A DNA stretch of 64,000 nt from Acidobacteriota bacterium (GTDB lineage: Bacteria > Acidobacteriota > UBA6911 > RPQK01 > JADFOI01), in the NCBI GenBank assembly GCA_963663035.1, contig OY760074.1, forward strand, positions 2,880,001 through 2,944,000, read 5' to 3'. The notes under the pieces were generated by a model. The model was given only the letters and a program-made list of their open reading frames with translations. It was not told where the DNA came from and did no database searches. Below are positions 18,840 to 28,945 of this stretch, piece by piece. A program made the position numbers and the translations under genes. How positions within the stretch are numbered: the first letter of the stretch is position 1; the number at the start of each line of letters is the position of its first letter.

Positions 18840-20637
18840 TCAGGCTCTTGCCTCAGTCGCTTCTTTCACGGCGCTGAGCAATGTTTTCAAACCGGTCTCG
18901 ATATCTTGTCCCAGGTGGAAGCGAATGACGCGCCGATTGCGCTGGGCCAGGGACTGGAAGTCACCCAGCGCCTGAGCCTGTTGGAGGACTCCAAAGGTGT
19001 AGGGTTGGTCCGGAATGGAGAGATCCTGGCTGTCCCCGGCGGTGATCTGGATAAAGATTCCGTTGTCGGCTCCACCTTTGTGCAGCTGGCCGGTGGAATG
19101 GAGAAAGCGCGGCCCGTATCCCACAGTGGTGGCCGTTTTGAGTGCGCTGCGAATTCGAGTGCGGATCTCGCCCAGCCACTGGTCGTGGGAACCTGTCTCG
19201 GGGATGTAGGCAGTCAATGCCACATAGTCACCCGGCTGGGCCTGTGAAAGATGCGCTCCCAGGTAACCGGCCAGTGTTTCGCTCTCCGCTTGGAGTACGG
19301 TTTTTGTCTTCTGATCAGAATAGATTCGGCAACCCTGCTCCTCAACGAGTACCTCCTGCTGCGGCAGCTGACTCTCATTTTTGTACACTTCGAGTAAATG
19401 CTTGGTATTGTCCTTGCTCTCCTGCACATTGGGTTGATCGAAGGGATTAATCTTCAGCAAAGCTCCCACCAGTGCGATGGCGAACTCCCACAGGAAGAAC
19501 GCGCGCCCTAAACTCAGGCCATCCCGCAAGACCTGGCAAACGACCGGATGGCCTGCCTTCTCCAGAGCCTCAATTTTGGCATCGGTTTCCTTGTCGGAAG
19601 CAGCGCTGGTACGAATGTAGACAAAGACCCGGTCATCTCCGTAAAGGCTGGGGTCACCCAGAGATTCTCCGGCCACCGGTAATATTCCACGACCTTCTTT
19701 ACCGGTGCTTTCGGCTATCAGCTGTTCAATCCAAAGTCCCAGAGATTCAAGGGGGGGAGGTGTGATCAAGGTGATCTTGTCTCGGCCCTCTTTGGCCAGT
19801 TGACCCAAGGCTGCTGCCAGCCGGGCTGCTGGGTTTTCAGCAGTCGGCACACTCCTCTCGCAGGCTTCACAGGCAGAAGTGGCTCTTTCCAGGATCTCTT
19901 TCACGTCCAGTCCCATCAAGGCGGCAGGTACCATGCCAAAGAAGGACAGAACAGAGTAACGTCCACCGATGTCGGCCATGTTTCTAAACACACGCCGGAA
20001 ACCTTTCTCTTGGGCAATCTGCTCGAGTTTCGTCCCGGGATCCGTGATGGCAATAAAATTTCTACCGGGCTCATCCGCTTTGACCTGGGCAACCTTGTCG
20101 AAGAAATATTGGAAAAACATCAGGGATTCGGTGGTGGTTCCCGACTTGCTGGCTACGATGAACAGAGTTTTTTCCACATCAACGGCCTCCTCCATCGTTC
20201 TGACCGTAGCGGGATTGGTGCTGTCCAGAACCAGGAGCTGTGGATACCCCTTGATCTCACCGAAGGTTCGCCGCAAAACCTCCGGACCCAGGCTGCTGCC
20301 ACCCATACCCAGCAGCATGATGTGATCGAAACCATCGCCCCGCACCCGGTCGGCAAAAGCTCTCAGCTCCTGGGCCTTCTCGAGGATGGTTCCAGCCACC
20401 GTTAACCAGCCCAGTGAATTTCGGATGATCTTCTGGTGCTCGGGGTCGTCTTTCCAAAGAGCACTGTCCTGACGCCAGAGACGCCGGATGAACTGCTGTT
20501 CATCCATCTCCTCGATCATCTCCAGCACCGCTGTTTCGTACTGTCCCAGTGAAAGTGATTGCCTCTCAACGATGCTGGTGATGTTGGCCTCGCGCCTTTC
20601 CTCGATGGTTTTTATCAGTTTATCAAAGGGTTCCTCA
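18840..20637 (-). pseudogene. pgi: Bifunctional transaldolase/phosphoglucose isomerase, 5'-truncated at a repeat (PGI domain intact)
   Basis: GMGGS, SKSGTT, GGRYS, ESTGK, NPFDQPNVQESK; frame continues upstream of 20528 as EEPFDKLIKTIEERR (transaldolase tail-like) into the repeat. Confidence 0.78.
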
Positions 20638-20848
20638 AGCCGGGATTATGCATAAGTATTCTACTGCAGTGCCGCAATCATCCACCCTGACCGCGTTGTG
20701 CGACCCGCAGGCGGGTAACCCTTGGGCTCCTCGGCGTACTGCATGAGTACACCTGCGGGGCCCGACCCGCAAGCGGGTACCCCTCCCACGCCTTGTCATC
20801 GCGGCGCCAGCGGCACTTCGTCACGAAAACTTACGCATAATCCCGGCT
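20638..20848 (+). repeat. Palindromic dispersed element, type 1, long form
   Basis: Ends AGCCGGGATTATGCATAAG / CTTACGCATAATCCCGGCT; very similar to 59438-59649. Confidence 0.92.
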
Positions 20849-21779
20849 AGCCCTGGACAAGGGGCTTCACGCGTGTTTGAAACAATTCCAGCTGTTCAAG
20901 CTCGTCTGCCAGGGGCCAGAGAAACACTCTCTGGGCGCCGGCAGCGGAGTAAGCAGCTAATTTCTCCGCACACCTTTCCGGCGATCCGATGAGCAGCTGC
21001 TGGCGCAACTCTTCGATGGGACGGTTCAGCGCTGGGCCAAGCACCGTGGAGAGAATCTGGTCAGCTCTGGAGCGGTCCTCAGTCAGGTACATCCACATGG
21101 TGGCAATGCCATTGGGGAAGGCCTCCGCTGCCTTTCCGGCCAAGGATAGTTGCTCCGAGAGATAACCGAGACCGTGCGCGAATCTCTCTGGAGTGGTGTT
21201 GTATCCCGAGGCCAGCCATCCGTCGCCGTAGCGGGCCGTGCGCCGCAACCCTGCCTTTGAGCCCCAGCTCGCCACCCAAATCGGGGGACCGGACTGCTCA
21301 GGGGGATAGGGCTCAAGCTGAATCCCTTCAGTCGAATAGAACTTTCCCTGGAAGCTTTCAGAATGCGGTGTCCAGAGGGCGCGCAGGACCTCAATGACCT
21401 CATCAAACCGCTTCCAGCGCTCTGGAAAAGGTACGCCAGCCGCCATGTAATCACGCTCTGAGGACCCGGGTCCGACACCGACCACGAGCCGTCCCCCCGA
21501 CAGGAGGCTGATGGCGCCGAGGGTCTTGGCGGTCAGGACAGGACCGCGCACCACCGGGAGGGAAACGGTTGTAGCAAGGGTCATCTCTCCAGATGATTCC
21601 ATCACCGCAGCCAGAGCCGTGTGACCATCTAACCACGGTCGAGAGAACAAGAGGTGATCATTCACGCACAGGAACGTGTAGCCAAGCTCAGCGGCCCGCT
21701 TGGTGTAGGTCCCGAGGTCGGCCAGTGAAAAGCCCTTGCCGGAGAAATCAATGAGGGGCAGATTAACACCGTATTCCAT
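20847..21779 (-). CDS. LLM-class flavin-dependent oxidoreductase
   Basis: NDH, LSGGRLVVGVG, PPIWVA, ARYGDGW; GGAGG before ATG at 21779. Confidence 0.9.
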   Translation of the reverse strand: MEYGVNLPLIDFSGKGFSLADLGTYTKRAAELGYTFLCVNDHLLFSRPWLDGHTALAAVMESSGEMTLATTVSLPVVRGPVLTAKTLGAISLLSGGRLVVGVGPGSSERDYMAAGVPFPERWKRFDEVIEVLRALWTPHSESFQGKFYSTEGIQLEPYPPEQSGPPIWVASWGSKAGLRRTARYGDGWLASGYNTTPERFAHGLGYLSEQLSLAGKAAEAFPNGIATMWMYLTEDRSRADQILSTVLGPALNRPIEELRQQLLIGSPERCAEKLAAYSAAGAQRVFLWPLADELEQLELFQTRVKPLVQG

Positions 21780-21841
21780 CCTGCCTCCAAGAGTGCTACG
21801 GTCCTGCCCACAATGCAAGGCTTTATTCGGATTCGGCACCT

Positions 21842-21919
21842 GAGGAAATGTGGGGACAGACTACCCGTTCACCTCATTTCAAAATGAGGTGAACGGGTAG
21901 TCTGTCCCCACATTTCCTC
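21842..21919. repeat. Perfect 38-bp inverted repeat with 2-nt centre (REP-like)
   Basis: GAGGAAATGTGGGGACAGACTACCCGTTCACCTCATTT-CA-exact reverse complement. Confidence 0.95.
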
Positions 21920-22222
21920 CCACATTTCTCTCCCTACCTCTGAGTCGGGTTTCAAACAGCCGGTCCATTTTTAATGAAACTTCTCCGATTTTGATTCGTC
22001 CTAATAGGTGAATGAGGATTATCCCCTCCCTCATTCGACACTCCTCCACTCCCCCGATGGTGAGCCTGGAGAAATCCGGGCTCACCATCACCTCCCCCAG
22101 CTTCTCTTCACCAAAAGTGTCAGCTAGAACCTGGAAGTTCGGTCGGACTTCAGTTAGCCTGTCAACCGGGAGTATGCATATTCCCGGTTATACCCTTCCA
22201 AGCGGAAGAGATTGGAACAGAA

Positions 22223-23038
22223 GTGGCACAGGTTAAGCCGACATCGTCACAGCGAACCACCTTGGCGCACCTCTATCGCAGCTATGAGGGTTTCGTCATA
22301 GGCTTCTGCTCGGTGATGTCTTTCCTGGTTGCTTGGGAGTCGATCGTGAGGCTCGGCTTTGTCAATCCACTCTTTCTGGCCGCACCCACTCAGATTCTTT
22401 CCTCGATACTGGAACTCTCCCAGACCCGCCTCTGGGAAGATATCTATGTGAGCGGTACGGAATTCCTGGTTGGTTTCTCCATCTCGGTGATCGTGGGGAT
22501 TCCTTTCGGACTATGGGTGGGTTGGAATCGAAGAACCTTTTATGCCGTTAACCCATTTTTGTCGGGTCTTTACGCGACCCCGCGGATCGCCTTATTACCT
22601 CTTTTGATCATCTGGGTAGGAATTGGAATATGGTCGAAGGTTTTGATGGTTTTTCTGGGGGCTATCTTCCCGATTGTCATGAGCACCATGGCCGGCGTGC
22701 GCAGCGCCGATCAGTCTCTCCTCCGGGTGGCACAGACCTTTGGGGCCTCGGATCTTCATCTCTTTCGCACCATCATTCTCCCGGGCAGCGTACCTTTCGT
22801 AGTGGCTGGTCTTCGACTGGGATTCGGGCGGGCGATCTTGAGTGTTATCGTGGCCGAGTTTTACGTCTCGACGAGAGGCCTTGGCAATCTCATCAGCTTC
22901 GCTGGGGAAACCTTCCAGACCTCCCAGGCATTCGCAGCCATCGTGATTGTGGCTTTTTTCGGTCTACTGGGCAGCGCCGCCCTGGAGCGATTGGAGTCGC
23001 GATTCGATCGCTGGCGTGCACCCAGCCAGCAAGGCTAG
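22223..23038 (+). CDS. ABC permease, SsuC/TauC/NitT family
   Basis: PRIALLPL, EAA-like loop AQTFGAS, IVAEF. Confidence 0.92.
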   Translation: MAQVKPTSSQRTTLAHLYRSYEGFVIGFCSVMSFLVAWESIVRLGFVNPLFLAAPTQILSSILELSQTRLWEDIYVSGTEFLVGFSISVIVGIPFGLWVGWNRRTFYAVNPFLSGLYATPRIALLPLLIIWVGIGIWSKVLMVFLGAIFPIVMSTMAGVRSADQSLLRVAQTFGASDLHLFRTIILPGSVPFVVAGLRLGFGRAILSVIVAEFYVSTRGLGNLISFAGETFQTSQAFAAIVIVAFFGLLGSAALERLESRFDRWRAPSQQG

Positions 23039-23039
23039 G

Positions 23040-23068
23040 TAGCCGGGATAAGGTAGAGACCCGGCTAG
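23040..23068. terminator. Hairpin between convergent genes, matching the ends of the type 1 repeat
   Basis: TAGCCGGG-ATAAGGTAGAGA-CCCGGCTAG. Confidence 0.55.
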
Positions 23069-23069
23069 G

Positions 23070-24962
23070 CTATGCCGGCGACTTATCAATCGTTGGCGTC
23101 CACGGTGTCTCGGCCCAGGCGACTCCGGTCCGTCTCACCTGGGCATCGATCAAGTAGGGTTTACCCTCCAGGGTGGCCCGCTTGGCCCTCGCCAATGCCT
23201 GCTTCAGTTGAGCGGGGGACTCGGCCACCTCGCCTTCCACTCCGAAGCCCTTGGCGATATAGGCCATATTCATGTCGGGCTTGCCCAGATAATCGCAAAC
23301 GAACTGACCCGTCTGCACCATCCGACTGTTGGGCGGAAGAGCTGAGATGACTCGGTTGTGGGGTCCGCCATAGGCATGGTTATTGTAGATCACCGTGATC
23401 ACCGGCAGTTCCAATCGAGCCATATTCCAGAGTCCAGTCGGTCCAAAAATAAAGGCTCCGTCCCCAGACAGAGCAATGACCTGCTGGTTGGGCTTGGCCA
23501 GCTTGACTCCAGCCGCTTTTCCGGTGGCTCCTCCCAGGTGGCCAGCGTAATAGGCGATGTGCTCCCGGCCGCCCATCGGGTTGAAGCCGAAGAACTGCTT
23601 CCCTCCCGTTCCGCCCGACTCATCCACAATGATGGCATCTTCGTCCGCGAATTGGGCGATCTCATAGGTGAGGCGATCCGACAGGATCGGGCTTCCATCC
23701 CAGTCCGGGTTCTTGGTCATCAGGGAGCTCAACTTCCTGGCCCTTTCGCTAAAGGCCCTCACCTTCTCACTTCGCTCCTGGGCCTTCCTCTTGATGGTGG
23801 GGGTCATGATGCTCTTGATGGCAGTGATCAGGTCGTCCTGACCATAGGCCACATCGGCCACCAGGGGAACCTCTACGGTAATGACATTGCCCATGCTGGC
23901 ACTGTCGAGCCGCATGTCAATGAACTTGATGTGACGCGGCACCAGCGGCGTGGTGCCAGTGTGCTGAAGCTTGTTTCCCACATTGATGACCACATCCGGG
24001 TTCTGCGTTCCCAGGGCACGTCCCCCCACCCACAGGGGATGGGCCTCGGGAAAGTTGGCAAAAACCTGCCTGTTCTGAGTCACCGGCATGCCCAGCAGTT
24101 CAGCCAGCTGGACCGCCTTGTCCACCGAGTTGGTCTTGTACAGTTCATCACCGACGATCAAGAGCGGTCGTCTGGCTTCCACCAGGAGCCGGGCGGCCCG
24201 CTCCACCTCTTTCGGATTGGGTCTGACTCGCATGCGCGGGTCCACCTTCTCTTGGGCGATAATCTCCGAGCGCACCTTTTCCTGAGTGTAGTCCGTGTGC
24301 CAGGTCGCATAGGTAGGACCATAAGGGGGAGTCCAGGCCACTTTAAAAGCACGACGTATCGTCTCCGGAATCATCTCCGCACGCCGCGCCAGCCAGTGCC
24401 ACTTGGTGATTGGCCCCACAATCTCCTCCTGATAGATCACTTCTTCGAAATTGTCCCGTCCGGCAGCCCGGCTCGGTTCATTGCGATAGCTGTAGTACAC
24501 CAGGGGCGTCTGTTCCTTCCAGGCGCAGTACATCTGTCCCATGGCATTCACCAGACCCACGATGGCCGCCTGCATCACGATGGCAGGTTCTCCTGAGGCC
24601 TGAATGTAGCCCATGGCCATAGCAGCTCCGGGACCTTCGTGAGGCGTGAGGATGTATTTGAGTTGCGGCCGGTCCACCAGGGCTTCGTAAAAAAAGGCGT
24701 CGCTGCTGGCCGAGTTCCCAAAGATGTATTTGACTCCCGAGGCAATCAGCTGCTCGGCAAAGGCCTCCCCTCCCGTCCCCTCAAAGACTCTCACCCCATC
24801 CGGGGAATCTCGGCGTTCTCCCTCCTGTCCGTGAACCAGCGGGGTCAGGGACTGGAGGACCGACTGGGCTGCCGCCAGCGAGACTCCCGTTTTCACTAGC
24901 CGGGTCACAAAGCCCCGCCGAGAAATAGATTTCGACAGATACTGGGCGACTAGTTCTCTCAT
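23070..24962 (-). CDS. Thiamine diphosphate-dependent enzyme (benzoylformate decarboxylase-like) with twin-arginine-like leader
   Basis: PHE catalytic Glu region, GDG...NN ThDP motif, N-terminal SRRGFV. Confidence 0.88.
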   Translation of the reverse strand: MRELVAQYLSKSISRRGFVTRLVKTGVSLAAAQSVLQSLTPLVHGQEGERRDSPDGVRVFEGTGGEAFAEQLIASGVKYIFGNSASSDAFFYEALVDRPQLKYILTPHEGPGAAMAMGYIQASGEPAIVMQAAIVGLVNAMGQMYCAWKEQTPLVYYSYRNEPSRAAGRDNFEEVIYQEEIVGPITKWHWLARRAEMIPETIRRAFKVAWTPPYGPTYATWHTDYTQEKVRSEIIAQEKVDPRMRVRPNPKEVERAARLLVEARRPLLIVGDELYKTNSVDKAVQLAELLGMPVTQNRQVFANFPEAHPLWVGGRALGTQNPDVVINVGNKLQHTGTTPLVPRHIKFIDMRLDSASMGNVITVEVPLVADVAYGQDDLITAIKSIMTPTIKRKAQERSEKVRAFSERARKLSSLMTKNPDWDGSPILSDRLTYEIAQFADEDAIIVDESGGTGGKQFFGFNPMGGREHIAYYAGHLGGATGKAAGVKLAKPNQQVIALSGDGAFIFGPTGLWNMARLELPVITVIYNNHAYGGPHNRVISALPPNSRMVQTGQFVCDYLGKPDMNMAYIAKGFGVEGEVAESPAQLKQALARAKRATLEGKPYLIDAQVRRTGVAWAETPWTPTIDKSPA

Positions 24963-25008
24963 TGTGTTCTCCTTATGTTACTTTAGGCGACACGTTCTTC
25001 CCCGGTCT

Positions 25009-25033
25009 GTTGGGGGAATTATATTCCCCCAAC
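25009..25033. promoter_or_regulatory. Candidate operator in a divergent promoter region
   Basis: GTTGGGGGAAT-TAT-ATTCCCCCAAC, perfect 11-bp inverted repeat. Confidence 0.5.
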
Positions 25034-25123
25034 TTGCAACGGGTCAACAAACGCTCTTGACTGAAAGACTGGTTAGCATCACTGCCGAAAATCGACTATA
25101 TTGAACCGCCACGAGACACTGCT

Positions 25124-25942
25124 ATGGCAGCCACACCCAAGCTGAAAGCGAGAGGAATTTGCGTTGACTATTTCCAGGCCCGGCTGGGTCAATCCATACG
25201 GGCTCTCTCCCACATCGATCTCTCGGTAAACGAAAACGAGTTTGTGACCATCGTTGGACCGAGTGGTTGCGGCAAGACGACCTTCCTCAACGTGGTTGCC
25301 GGAATCATCATGCCATCAGAAGGTGAGCTGTCCCTGGATGGGCGTCCGGTCAAGGGGCCGGGCTCAGATCGAGCGGTGGTCTTTCAGCAAGCGTCGCTTC
25401 TCCCCTGGCGACCGGTCCTGGGCAATGTCCTCTACGGCCTGGAATGTCAGGGCAAGGACGTCACGGCGGCCATGCCGCGAGCCAGCGAGCTGCTCGAGCT
25501 GGTGGGCTTGACCGGGTTTGAGCATCATTATCCGCATGAGCTTTCGGGCGGCATGCAGCAGCGCGTCAACCTGGCCCGGGCTCTCTTGATCGATCCTGAT
25601 CTTTTGCTCATGGATGAGCCCTTTGCGGCCTTGGACGCTCAAACACGGGAAATCATGCAAACCGAACTGTTAAGCATCTGGCAAAGGACGAGTAAGACAG
25701 TGCTTTTCATCACCCATCAGATTGATGAATCAGTTTTTCTCTCCGATCAAGTCATCGTTTTCGGTTCTCGCCCCGGTCGGGTAAAGGCCTGTATTCCGAT
25801 CCCCTTCAAGCGACCCCGCCAACTCTCCCTCAAGCGCACTCCAGAGTTCCTCGACTATATCGATCAGATCTGGGAGTTAATCGAAAGCGATGTGCGTTCG
25901 GCAGCCCGCGGCCAGAAAGAATCCGCTGCTTCGAGTGATTAG
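25124..25942 (+). CDS. ABC ATPase, SsuB/TauB family
   Basis: GPSGCGKT, LSGGMQQR, LLMDEPF. Confidence 0.95.
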   Translation: MAATPKLKARGICVDYFQARLGQSIRALSHIDLSVNENEFVTIVGPSGCGKTTFLNVVAGIIMPSEGELSLDGRPVKGPGSDRAVVFQQASLLPWRPVLGNVLYGLECQGKDVTAAMPRASELLELVGLTGFEHHYPHELSGGMQQRVNLARALLIDPDLLLMDEPFAALDAQTREIMQTELLSIWQRTSKTVLFITHQIDESVFLSDQVIVFGSRPGRVKACIPIPFKRPRQLSLKRTPEFLDYIDQIWELIESDVRSAARGQKESAASSD

Positions 25943-25954
25943 CCCGCCCTTCTC

Positions 25955-27268
25955 TTAGCGGATCATGGCCTCCGGCAGCCAGAGAACCAGCTGGGGCCAG
26001 AGCATGACCAGAATCAGCCCCAGGAGCTCCAACACGATAAAGGGCAAGATGGATCGGTAAATGTCCCCCATGGTGATCCCTTTGGGAACCACGCCCTTCA
26101 TGTAGAAGAGGTTCAATCCAAAGGGAGGGGTAATAAAGGCCAGCTCCATATTGATCGTGAAGAGGACACCAAACCAGATCAAATCGAATCCCAATTCTTC
26201 GCTCAGTGGTAAAAAGACCGGAAGAGTGATCATCATAATCCCGATGGGGTCGATAAACATTCCCAGGATCAGGAGGACAAGCTGCATTGCCAGGAGAATC
26301 AGCCATGGGTTCACTGCAACGCCCGAGACCATCCCCAGAATGAAGTTACCGGCTCCCGTTGCGGCGTAAATGTGTGAGAAGGCCTTGGCTCCCAACACGA
26401 TCCAACCCACCATGACAGAGAGTGTGAAAGCGTCGAGGGTGGCTTCCTGAAACATTGCCCAGGAAAACCGCCTCTTGAGGATTGCACACAGCAGAGCTCC
26501 AAAGGCTCCGATTGCCGAGGCCTCGGTGGGGGTGGCGACTCCCGTATAGATGGTACCCAGCACCAGCACGACCAGCGCCACCGGAAACATCACCGCCCTG
26601 ATGAGCTTGAACTTCTGGCCCCAGGAGATCTTCTCCTCTTCAGGAATGGAAGGGCCAAGATGAGGCTGGAAAAGAGTCCTGACACCTATGTATAGGACAA
26701 AGAGAGCGGCGATCAGGAGACCGGGAAGCACCCCTCCCATGAACAGTCTCCCCACCGATGCCCCTGACACACTGGCGAACACGATCATGATGATGCTGGG
26801 GGGAATCAGAATCCCCAGGGAACCTCCGGCGGAGATCGCACCCAGGGCGATGTCCTTGTGATAGTTTCTCCTGAGCATGGAGGGCAAGGCCACCAGGCCC
26901 ATGGTGACCGTACCGGCCGCACTCACTCCCGACATGGCGGCAAAAAGAGCACAGATGATCACCGTACCCATGGCCAACCCCCCTCTCAAGGAGCCCATCC
27001 AGTGGTACATCATTTCATACAGGTCATCGGCGATACCCGAGCGTGCAAGAAAGTTGGCCATCAGGACAAACAGCGGCAAGGCTACCAGTGTGTAGAGCGT
27101 CCAGGAGGAAAAGGCTGTCGTGGTCAGGAGGAAAAGAGCTTCAGGACCCATCCTCCACAGGGCCAGGACCACCGCGGTGGCGCCCAACCCAAAGGCAAGG
27201 GGCAGGCCGGACAGGAGCAGCAAGGCCAGAAAAACAAACAGAATCGCGGTGACTAATCCGATACTCAT
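25955..27268 (-). CDS. dctM: TRAP transporter large permease
   Basis: About 12 TM, LIPPSI, TPTEA, TPPFG. Confidence 0.93.
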   Translation of the reverse strand: MSIGLVTAILFVFLALLLLSGLPLAFGLGATAVVLALWRMGPEALFLLTTTAFSSWTLYTLVALPLFVLMANFLARSGIADDLYEMMYHWMGSLRGGLAMGTVIICALFAAMSGVSAAGTVTMGLVALPSMLRRNYHKDIALGAISAGGSLGILIPPSIIMIVFASVSGASVGRLFMGGVLPGLLIAALFVLYIGVRTLFQPHLGPSIPEEEKISWGQKFKLIRAVMFPVALVVLVLGTIYTGVATPTEASAIGAFGALLCAILKRRFSWAMFQEATLDAFTLSVMVGWIVLGAKAFSHIYAATGAGNFILGMVSGVAVNPWLILLAMQLVLLILGMFIDPIGIMMITLPVFLPLSEELGFDLIWFGVLFTINMELAFITPPFGLNLFYMKGVVPKGITMGDIYRSILPFIVLELLGLILVMLWPQLVLWLPEAMIR

Positions 27269-27840
27269 TCAGGCTCATCCTGCTGAGTCCTGGCCATTCG
27301 TTCCGACATTTCCACCTTCCCCGTGATTGCTGTCATGCAGTTCCGGATCAGATTGGCTGCACCCTGCAAAAGGGTGAGCAGGATACCTGCAGTCATCACG
27401 ATATAAACGGGATAAATGGGGGGGCCCCAGTAGGTGGGTGAGTGCTCCAAGTTGACAACGGCTTCGACTGTTGTCATCCAGGTGGCTCGCAGCAGAGCGA
27501 CAAGGAAGAGGAAAAAGAATAGTGAGGAAGCGACCCCCACAATGGCCTTGGTTCTGGTGCCCAGGCGATCATGCAGGATCGGTACATTGACATGTCCGCC
27601 ATGGAGCAGCAGATAGGCCCCTCCCAGAGCCGTACTGGCCAGGAAGAGGTATTGGGTGCTCTCCATGGCCCAAGTCGTGGGTGTCTTCAGGAAATATCGT
27701 GCTATCACCTCATAGGTCATGATGAACATCATGGCCGGAATGAGAAAAGCACTGAGTTTCCCGGTCCAATCACTGGCAGCTTCTATGGCTTCCAGAACGC
27801 GCCTGAGGTATGGGAAAAAAGGAGGAGAAAGACTACGAAT
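27265..27840 (-). CDS. dctQ: TRAP transporter small permease (start uncertain, possibly ATT)
   Basis: YEVIARY, WAME, GGHV; DctQ-like N-terminus lies upstream of the first ATG (27732). Confidence 0.82.
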   Translation of the reverse strand: MRSLSPPFFPYLRRVLEAIEAASDWTGKLSAFLIPAMMFIMTYEVIARYFLKTPTTWAMESTQYLFLASTALGGAYLLLHGGHVNVPILHDRLGTRTKAIVGVASSLFFFLFLVALLRATWMTTVEAVVNLEHSPTYWGPPIYPVYIVMTAGILLTLLQGAANLIRNCMTAITGKVEMSERMARTQQDEPE

Positions 27841-27886
27841 AACTGCCCTCCACTGGGAGAATGGAACAGGTTCGCCTGGGCGATGA

Positions 27887-28945
27887 CTAGTCGTCTGTCC
27901 CTGTTGTTCCCTTCTCCGCCAGATACTCTCTCATCAACCGAATAATCTCTTCAGATCGTGGGCTTCTGGCTGCTGCCGTGTCCAAAATGGGCGCCGCCGC
28001 TGCCAGGATTTTGCGGTATTCCTCATCAGGTAAAGTGACAATGGTCACTCCATGTTCTTTCTCAGCAAGTTCCAAGATGCCATCTATCTTGCCGGGGATG
28101 GTTTCGATGTAATAGAGCATGGCCTCTTCGGCCGCATCGTCTACGATCTTCTGCAAGTCATCAGAGAGGCTGTTATAGGCCTCGAGATTGACGTACATGT
28201 CTCCCGCCACCTGACCAAAGGGTGGACCCAGCAGCCCTTTGGCAGCGTCCCAGAGGTTGATGGTGCCGATCGTATAGTTGGGGATGATCAATGCATCCAC
28301 GGTTCCTGTTTGCAAGGCCAGGAACATCTCTGCCGGCGCCAGGGTCACGGGAGTCGCGCCCAGATTTTTTATCAAATCGGGAGCAGCGCCGCTCCCTCTT
28401 ATTTTCAGCCCCTTGATCTCCTCCACGGTGTAGATGGGATCTCTGGAGATGAGGGCCAGGGGAGAGGGTCCCAGCGACTTGAGAAGATGACAGCCTTTCT
28501 CTCTGTAGGCGGCGTCCAGGATCTCGTACACAGCCCCGTCCTGATAATAGATATAGAAGTCAACAAAGTCCTCGAGGGTGGAAAAGACACCGAAGAGTCC
28601 CTGCTCGATGTAGGCCTCCGGAACCTGCCGGACGTTGTAGCCCCCCACGCCCATTCCCACTTCGATTGCCTTCCTCTGCACTGCATTGAACTGCTCGTAG
28701 GCATCGACGATGGCGCCGGGTGCAAAGATTTCTATTTCCAGCCGTCCATTGCTCCGCTCGTTCACCAGTTCGACGAACTTGGCAAACTGGTCCTGATAGG
28801 ACCAACTGTTGGGTGAAATTCCGGCTTGCGCTCTCCATCTAATGGTGCTGTCGGTGGCTGCACGCTCGCTTGAACAGGCCGTCAGCGCAAGCGTGATCAA
28901 AAGCAGAGCTTTAGTTAGTGGCGAGCTTCTCGGCGTCATAAACAA
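27887..28945 (-). CDS. dctP: TRAP substrate-binding lipoprotein
   Basis: Lipobox LTAC, SNGRLEIEIF, KGLKIR, ALQTGTVD. Confidence 0.92.
   Translation of the reverse strand: MFMTPRSSPLTKALLLITLALTACSSERAATDSTIRWRAQAGISPNSWSYQDQFAKFVELVNERSNGRLEIEIFAPGAIVDAYEQFNAVQRKAIEVGMGVGGYNVRQVPEAYIEQGLFGVFSTLEDFVDFYIYYQDGAVYEILDAAYREKGCHLLKSLGPSPLALISRDPIYTVEEIKGLKIRGSGAAPDLIKNLGATPVTLAPAEMFLALQTGTVDALIIPNYTIGTINLWDAAKGLLGPPFGQVAGDMYVNLEAYNSLSDDLQKIVDDAAEEAMLYYIETIPGKIDGILELAEKEHGVTIVTLPDEEYRKILAAAAPILDTAAARSPRSEEIIRLMREYLAEKGTTGTDD

Noticed and set aside
23358-24596. Long antisense ORFs (also 44128-45102, 4965-5729, 28052-28816)
   Set aside because: Shadows of well-supported genes on the other strand, with no motifs of their own
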